The translations under genes and the position numbers were made by a program. A DNA stretch of 57,429 nucleotides from Verrucomicrobiota bacterium (GTDB lineage Bacteria; Verrucomicrobiota; Verrucomicrobiia; Opitutales; Opitutaceae): contig JAPLTR010000271.1 in the NCBI GenBank assembly GCA_026398065.1, forward strand, positions 1 through 57,429. Direction: 5' to 3'. The notes below the pieces were generated by a model. It had not been told where the DNA came from. It saw only the letters and a program-made list of their open reading frames with translations, and did not search any database. Shown here one piece after another: positions 52,395-57,429 of the stretch. Every line of letters starts with the position of its first letter. The first letter of the stretch is position 1.

Positions 52395-54080
52395 ATGAGC
52401 GAACCCGCCGCGGCCCCCTTTTCCGCGCCTGCCTTTCTCCCTTGGTGGCGCCGCCCCGGCCTCCTGATCGCCGCGGTTGCCCTCGTTGCTTCCGCCCTGG
52501 CCTTTGGAACGACGCTCGGCGGCTATTTCCTCGGCGACGACTTCGGTTATGCCTCCCGTTTCTTCAATCTGCCCTTCTCGGCCTGGCCGCGGCTCTTCGT
52601 CAACGAATGGTCCGAGGGCATCTGGGGCCTCCAGTTGCGCGAACTCCGTCCGTTGACCGCGCTCAGCCTGATGATCGACGCCCATCTCTGGGGCGGCAAT
52701 GCCGTCGGTTTCCGCGTATCGAATCTCCTGATTCATTCCCTCAGCGCCGCCCTCGTCGGTCTGATCGCCTGGCGCGCCTCGGGCCGAGCCCTCGCCGTCG
52801 GCCTTGCCGGTGCGCTGCTCTTCGCCGTGCATCCGGCGCATGCCGAGCCCGTCCTGTGGATCACCGGTCGCGTGGACATGGTCGCGACGCTGTTCTACCT
52901 CGCGGGCTGCTACGCCTTTCTACGCTACCGCGAGACCGCCCTCGCCCGCTGGTCCGTCGCCCTCGCTGCCGCGTACGCCGCCGCCGCCTTCTCCAAGGAG
53001 TTCGGCCTCACCCTCCCGATCATGCTCCTGGTCGCCGACCTCGTCTGGCGTCCGGGCCGGGCCCCGTCGTCGGCTCGCCCGTGGAAGAATCTCCTCGTTC
53101 CCTACGGCGCCTGCGCTGCGGTGTTTGTCATCTACTATTTCTGCCGGCGCGCTGCGTTCGGCCCGGGTGGCACGGGCGCCGCGCTCCCTGATTTCGCCAG
53201 CACCGCGTTTCACGAACAGTTCGCCCAGCGCCAGCTCACGTATCTCGGCCATCTGTTTCCGCCGCTCGGCACCTGGTTCGCCGAGGGCACGCCCCTGCTC
53301 GCCCAGCATGCCGTGCGCACGCTCCTGATCGTTGTCGCAGTCGTGACGCTCGCGCTCATCACCTATCTCTGGTCACGACGACGTCGTCGCCACGCTTCCG
53401 CCCCCTCCGCCCCGCCCACCTCTGGCGGCGTGTTCTTCGGTCTCGGCTGGTACCTCGTCGCCACGCTGCCGCTTGTCATCACCTACGTCTCCGCGCGGCA
53501 CCTCTATCTCGCCTCCGCCGGTGTCTGCGTCGCCTTCGCCCTCCTGCTCCACACGCTCTTTCGCGTCCGCACGGTCTTTGCCCTCGCGACCGTCGCCCTC
53601 GCCGCCCTGTTCAGCCACCGCCTGACCCAGACCAGCGACCCATGGCGCGACGCCGGCCGCCGCTCCCACGAGGTCGCCCGCGAACTCGCCTGGGTCGCCG
53701 CGCACGCCAAGCCCGGCGCCGCCGTGTTCATCGACCTCCCGCCCAGCATCCGGGGTGCCTTCTTCTGGGAATGGGCCACCCCCTTCGCCCTGCGCCCGCC
53801 CTTCACCTCCGAGCCGCTCGACGCCCGGTTCGTCATCCTCGAGGACATGGCGACCCATTTCGACTGGGAGCGCTGGCACCAGCGCCCGGTTTTCGCCAAG
53901 CTCGCCACCATCACCGAGGAGAGCTGGCTCATCCAGTCGTTCGACGCCGAACCGACCCGCCGCCTCGCCCTGCCCGCGGCCAGGATCCGCGCCGCCGCGC
54001 CGCCGTTCATCGCCGCCCCCACCACGCCGCACCAGCACGTCGCGTGGCGCAAATTCCTCGAGCGCGCCACCGCGCCCTGA
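52395..54080 (+). CDS. Polytopic membrane protein, GT-C (ArnT/PMT-like) glycosyltransferase-like
   Basis: 561 aa from ATG 52395. About 10 TM helices. The first loop carries an acidic motif (YFLGDDFGY). ...AVHPAHAEPVLWITGR... resembles the TMTC/PMT-like bacterial family. Weak call made by eye. Confidence 0.4.
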   Translation: MSEPAAAPFSAPAFLPWWRRPGLLIAAVALVASALAFGTTLGGYFLGDDFGYASRFFNLPFSAWPRLFVNEWSEGIWGLQLRELRPLTALSLMIDAHLWGGNAVGFRVSNLLIHSLSAALVGLIAWRASGRALAVGLAGALLFAVHPAHAEPVLWITGRVDMVATLFYLAGCYAFLRYRETALARWSVALAAAYAAAAFSKEFGLTLPIMLLVADLVWRPGRAPSSARPWKNLLVPYGACAAVFVIYYFCRRAAFGPGGTGAALPDFASTAFHEQFAQRQLTYLGHLFPPLGTWFAEGTPLLAQHAVRTLLIVVAVVTLALITYLWSRRRRRHASAPSAPPTSGGVFFGLGWYLVATLPLVITYVSARHLYLASAGVCVAFALLLHTLFRVRTVFALATVALAALFSHRLTQTSDPWRDAGRRSHEVARELAWVAAHAKPGAAVFIDLPPSIRGAFFWEWATPFALRPPFTSEPLDARFVILEDMATHFDWERWHQRPVFAKLATITEESWLIQSFDAEPTRRLALPAARIRAAAPPFIAAPTTPHQHVAWRKFLERATAP

Positions 54081-54199
54081 TCACGCCCCCCCTCGCGCTC
54101 CCCTCCGGCTCCGCCGCCAGCCGCACCGTATTCAAAAATCAAACACACCCTGTTCGCCGGGGCTTCACCCTCCTGATCGCGCGCGAGGCGCCTCCGCCC

Positions 54200-55003
54200 T
54201 CAGTGCGCCGCCAGCCAGTCGCGCACGCGCGGGTTGAAATCCCCGATCCGCTCCCAGTGAAACGCATGGCCCGCGCCCGCGTACAGGTGCAGCTCCGCGC
54301 CCGGGATGCCGCCCGCGACTTCCTCCGCCATCCAGCGCGGCGTGAAGATGTCCGCCTCGCCGCCGATCACGAGCGCCGGCACCCGGATCTTGCCGAGCTC
54401 GCGCACGGTGTCGTGCCCCAGGCACGCCGCCGCCTGGGCCTCGAGTGCGTGGAGCGGCTGCGGCGCCGCGCCCTCGGCCGCCTGCTTGCGCCCGTCCATC
54501 AGACCCGCGAGCCCCGCCGCGTCGTCCCACGTCGGCTTCGAGAAGATCAGGAGCTGGATGTACGTCATGAACTCCTCCGGCCGCAGCCGCGCCTTGATCG
54601 CCATCATATGCTCGAACACCCCGCGCGCGTACGCGTCGCACCGCGCCCACGGGCACATCAGCACCAGCGAGCGCACGCGCCCCGGATGCCGCAGCGCGAG
54701 CTGCTGTGCGATGATGCTGCCCATCGAACAGCCCACCACGCGCACCTGCTCCAACCCGAGCGCATCGAGCAACCCGACGAAGTCGTCCGCCATCATCGCG
54801 CTCGTGTACGGCCCCGCCGGCTTGTCCGTCAGGCCCACGCCGCGGTTGTCGGGCAGGATGCACCGGAAACTTTTCGCCCAGAACTCCGCGTGCTTCTCCC
54901 ACACCCCGCCGGGCGCGGTGATGCCCATGATGAGCAGCACCGGCTCGCCGGCGCCGCGCTCCTCATAGTACAGCCGGATTCCGTTGGTCGTGACGTGGGG
55001 CAT
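54200..55003 (-). CDS. Alpha/beta-fold hydrolase
   Basis: 267 aa. Oxyanion region PVLLIMGI, nucleophile elbow GCSMG, and a C-terminal GAGHAFHWE histidine motif. Confidence 0.8.
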   Translation of the reverse strand: MPHVTTNGIRLYYEERGAGEPVLLIMGITAPGGVWEKHAEFWAKSFRCILPDNRGVGLTDKPAGPYTSAMMADDFVGLLDALGLEQVRVVGCSMGSIIAQQLALRHPGRVRSLVLMCPWARCDAYARGVFEHMMAIKARLRPEEFMTYIQLLIFSKPTWDDAAGLAGLMDGRKQAAEGAAPQPLHALEAQAAACLGHDTVRELGKIRVPALVIGGEADIFTPRWMAEEVAGGIPGAELHLYAGAGHAFHWERIGDFNPRVRDWLAAH

Positions 55004-55066
55004 GGCAAAAAATCGTATCCAGTTTAATATTACAATCGGGGTGTCACATTCCGCCTTCCGCCACCC

Positions 55067-55894
55067 TCACCGCTTCAGCGCCGGGATCAGTGTTTCGCGG
55101 ATCCACTTCCCGTCGTGCGTGGTCACGCCGTCCGGGTCCTCGACGGCCTGCGCCGCCTCGTCCTCGCAGACGATCCAGCCCGCGTACTTCCGGTCGAGCA
55201 GCCACTGCGTGATGCCCACGAGGTCGACCTTGCCCTCGCCCATCAGCGCAAACTCCGGCTGTCCGTCCCAGTCCTTGAAGTGCACCAGGTTGATCATCTC
55301 GGCGTACTCGCGCATCTTCGCGAGCGGGTTCATGCCGCCGTTCGCCATGTGGCCCACGTCCGGCGTCCAGCCCGTGACCGAGCGGTCGAGCCGCTCCAGG
55401 ATCGCGCGGTAGTCCGACTCCGTGCGGTTCGTCGAGTGGTGCGGCGAGTTCGGATGGAAACTCGCCGGCACGCCCGCCTTCGCCGCGCGCCGCGACACCG
55501 TGTTGAGGTTCGCGACGAGGTTCTTCTGGCGCTGCTCCAGGTCGTGCCGCCCCTCGGGCATCTGCACCGTGCACAGCGTCGCGCCCGGGAAACGCTTCAG
55601 CAGCGCGATCGTCGCGTCCGCCTGCTCGCGCTCACTGGCCGTTTCCTCCGGTCCGTTCCACGACAGCACGAGCGCGATCGCGGCGAGGTCCAGCCCCGCG
55701 TCCTTCAGCGCCCGCTCCAGTTTGTCCGCGTTGAAATACTCGCCCATCCACCCGTGGCTCGGTGAGAAGCCCTGGAAGCCCGCCTTCGCGGTGACTTCGA
55801 TCATGTGCCCGATCCGCCCCGCATGGGCGCGACCCGAGTCTTTCATGAACCACGTGTAAGTTTCAGCGCCGAAGCGGAAGGGGAGGGGTGACAT
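55067..55894 (-). CDS. Xylose-isomerase-like TIM-barrel protein (sugar phosphate isomerase/epimerase family)
   Basis: 275 aa from ATG 55894 (the track ORF is extended upstream). ...FGAETYTWF...FHPNSPHHS...DVGHMANGG...VHFKDWDG... is the typical metal-ligand pattern. Confidence 0.7.
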   Translation of the reverse strand: MSPLPFRFGAETYTWFMKDSGRAHAGRIGHMIEVTAKAGFQGFSPSHGWMGEYFNADKLERALKDAGLDLAAIALVLSWNGPEETASEREQADATIALLKRFPGATLCTVQMPEGRHDLEQRQKNLVANLNTVSRRAAKAGVPASFHPNSPHHSTNRTESDYRAILERLDRSVTGWTPDVGHMANGGMNPLAKMREYAEMINLVHFKDWDGQPEFALMGEGKVDLVGITQWLLDRKYAGWIVCEDEAAQAVEDPDGVTTHDGKWIRETLIPALKR

Positions 55895-56071
55895 AAGAAA
55901 AAGCTCCGCCGATTCAGCGCGCGATCCGCCGCGATTCAACCCGGATGTGGCCTCGCCCCGCACAATCCTCCGCCGCCTGCCCTCTGCCCCCGCCCATCCC
56001 ACCGCCTTCACGTCGGCTCCCTCCGCCCCGTCCCGCCTCCCCTCGCACGTATGACATGCTCCCGCCGCGTT

Positions 56072-56199
56072 TCCCAAAAGTGGGAAATCCGCATTCCACA
56101 AACGAACCCCCAGCCGCCATCCGCTCCTTTCATGTAAATTTCTAGTCATTGCTAATCATCCCCTTAAACAGAATCGCCCGCTACGGCACAGCCGTTGCT
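56072..56199 (+). promoter_or_regulatory. Sigma54 promoter module P4
   Basis: CGGCACagccgTTGCT at 56184-56199 has GG-N10-GC spacing. The palindrome TCCCAaaagTGGGA at 56072-56085 lies 99 nt upstream of the GG. AAATTTCT at 56136-56143 sits about 49 nt upstream of the GG. ATG 56228 is 29 nt downstream. Confidence 0.75.
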
Positions 56200-56227
56200 A
56201 AACATCTGGCGCGCATCCGCTCCCGCC

Positions 56228-56494
56228 ATGAAAACCTTCCCGCTGACTTCCGTGTTTTTCGCCGCCTCACTGCTCCTGCCCCTCCTCGGTGGCGATACGT
56301 CCGATTGCTCGGCGGCCGTGTCCGCGCTGAAATCCGTCGCGGCCCGCGCCGGAATGGCCCGCGCCGAGTCCGCGCCCGCCAAGGCCCCTCCGGCCCTCGC
56401 GCCCGAGACTGCCCGGCCGCCGGCCGCCGCCGCGCCACGCGCCGAGGCCCCGCGCCCCGCCCGCCGCGACCGCCCCGCCCACCGCTTCATGTAA
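56228..56494 (+). CDS. Small (88 aa) secreted Ala/Pro/Arg-rich protein, first gene behind P4
   Basis: MKTFPLTSVFFAASLLLPLLGG... looks like a signal peptide. Third positions are G/C-rich. Its position matches that of ORF 5846 behind P1. I recognised no family. Confidence 0.4.
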   Translation: MKTFPLTSVFFAASLLLPLLGGDTSDCSAAVSALKSVAARAGMARAESAPAKAPPALAPETARPPAAAAPRAEAPRPARRDRPAHRFM

Positions 56495-56577
56495 GGCCCA
56501 CGCACGCTCCCCGGCTTCTTCCCGCGTATTCTCGTCATCACCTTTCCCGCCCGCTGCTCCCGTCCGCCGTCCGCCCC

Positions 56578-57240
<663 letters not shown>

Positions 57241-57271
57241 GCTTCCGACGTCCACCCACCACCCCCACCCC

Positions 57272-57429
57272 ATGAACCGTAGCTTTCCCCGCCTATTCTC
57301 CTGGTTATTCCTCGCTAGCATATGCCCCTTGGTTTCCCCCGGAGCCGAGGCTTCGGCTCCGACCAAGTCGCAGTTTATTTATATCCTGCGCCTCGTGCCC
57401 CGACTGCATGCAGATGCCGCGTGGACGCC
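57272..57429 (+). CDS. Secreted protein, 5' end only (runs off the window)
   Basis: ATG 57272. MNRSFPRLFSWLFLASICPLVSPGAEA is a signal peptide, followed by SAPTKSQFIYILRLVPRLHADAAWT. Open to the end of the window. Confidence 0.4.
   Translation, partial: MNRSFPRLFSWLFLASICPLVSPGAEASAPTKSQFIYILRLVPRLHADAAWT

Overview
This is 57.4 kb of very GC-rich bacterial chromosomal DNA, with codon third positions almost all G/C. The gene content suggests a Verrucomicrobiota (Opitutales-like) genome, but that is inference only. It includes arrays of duplicated FtsX/MacB-type 'ADOP' permeases, giant CxxCH heme-binding multidomain proteins, ThuA and DUF1080-like domains, a sulfatase, and C-rich leaders without Shine-Dalgarno sequences.

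Layout:
(1) 1-5418, minus strand: a type IV pilus-like operon. It holds PilV-like and PilW-like prepilins, a 613-aa PilX-like protein with three CBM5/12-like repeats, PilM/N/O-like genes, and the start of a further secreted protein.
(2) 5687-9026: a sigma54 promoter, then a small secreted protein, an NtrC-type sigma54 activator, and a histidine kinase whose two TM helices are joined by only ~10 aa.
(3) 9066-11729, minus strand: an 887-aa membrane protein with a degenerate Ser/Thr-kinase (pseudokinase) domain.
(4) 11849-32641: two further sigma54 promoters drive a MacA-like adaptor, a MacB-type ATPase and seven tandem ~800-aa ADOP permease paralogues, three of which are disrupted. An antitoxin-like remnant and a TfoX_N gene are embedded in the array.
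(5) 32722-40601: a spermidine-synthase-like membrane protein, an IS630 copy with a TA duplication, a small ORF, a cytidylyltransferase-GHMP kinase fusion, and an AraC regulator with a sulfatase.
(6) 40685-52341: a TIM-barrel and UPF0261 pair (split Tm-1-like) interleaved with a cupin and two ~1460-aa cytochrome-c-containing proteins.
(7) 52395-57429: a GT-C-like membrane protein, an alpha/beta hydrolase, a sugar-phosphate isomerase, then a fourth sigma54 promoter, a small secreted protein and a second MacB-type ATPase.

The most notable observation is that all four sigma54 promoters share one architecture. Each has a TCCCA-N4-(T/C)GGGA palindrome 99-101 nt upstream of the -24 GG and an A/T tract at about -50. 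This defines a local regulon linking the two-component system to the exporter arrays. Heptanucleotide tandem-repeat leaders precede many genes. I saw no rRNA, tRNA or CRISPR. All domain calls were made by eye from motifs; no database search was possible.
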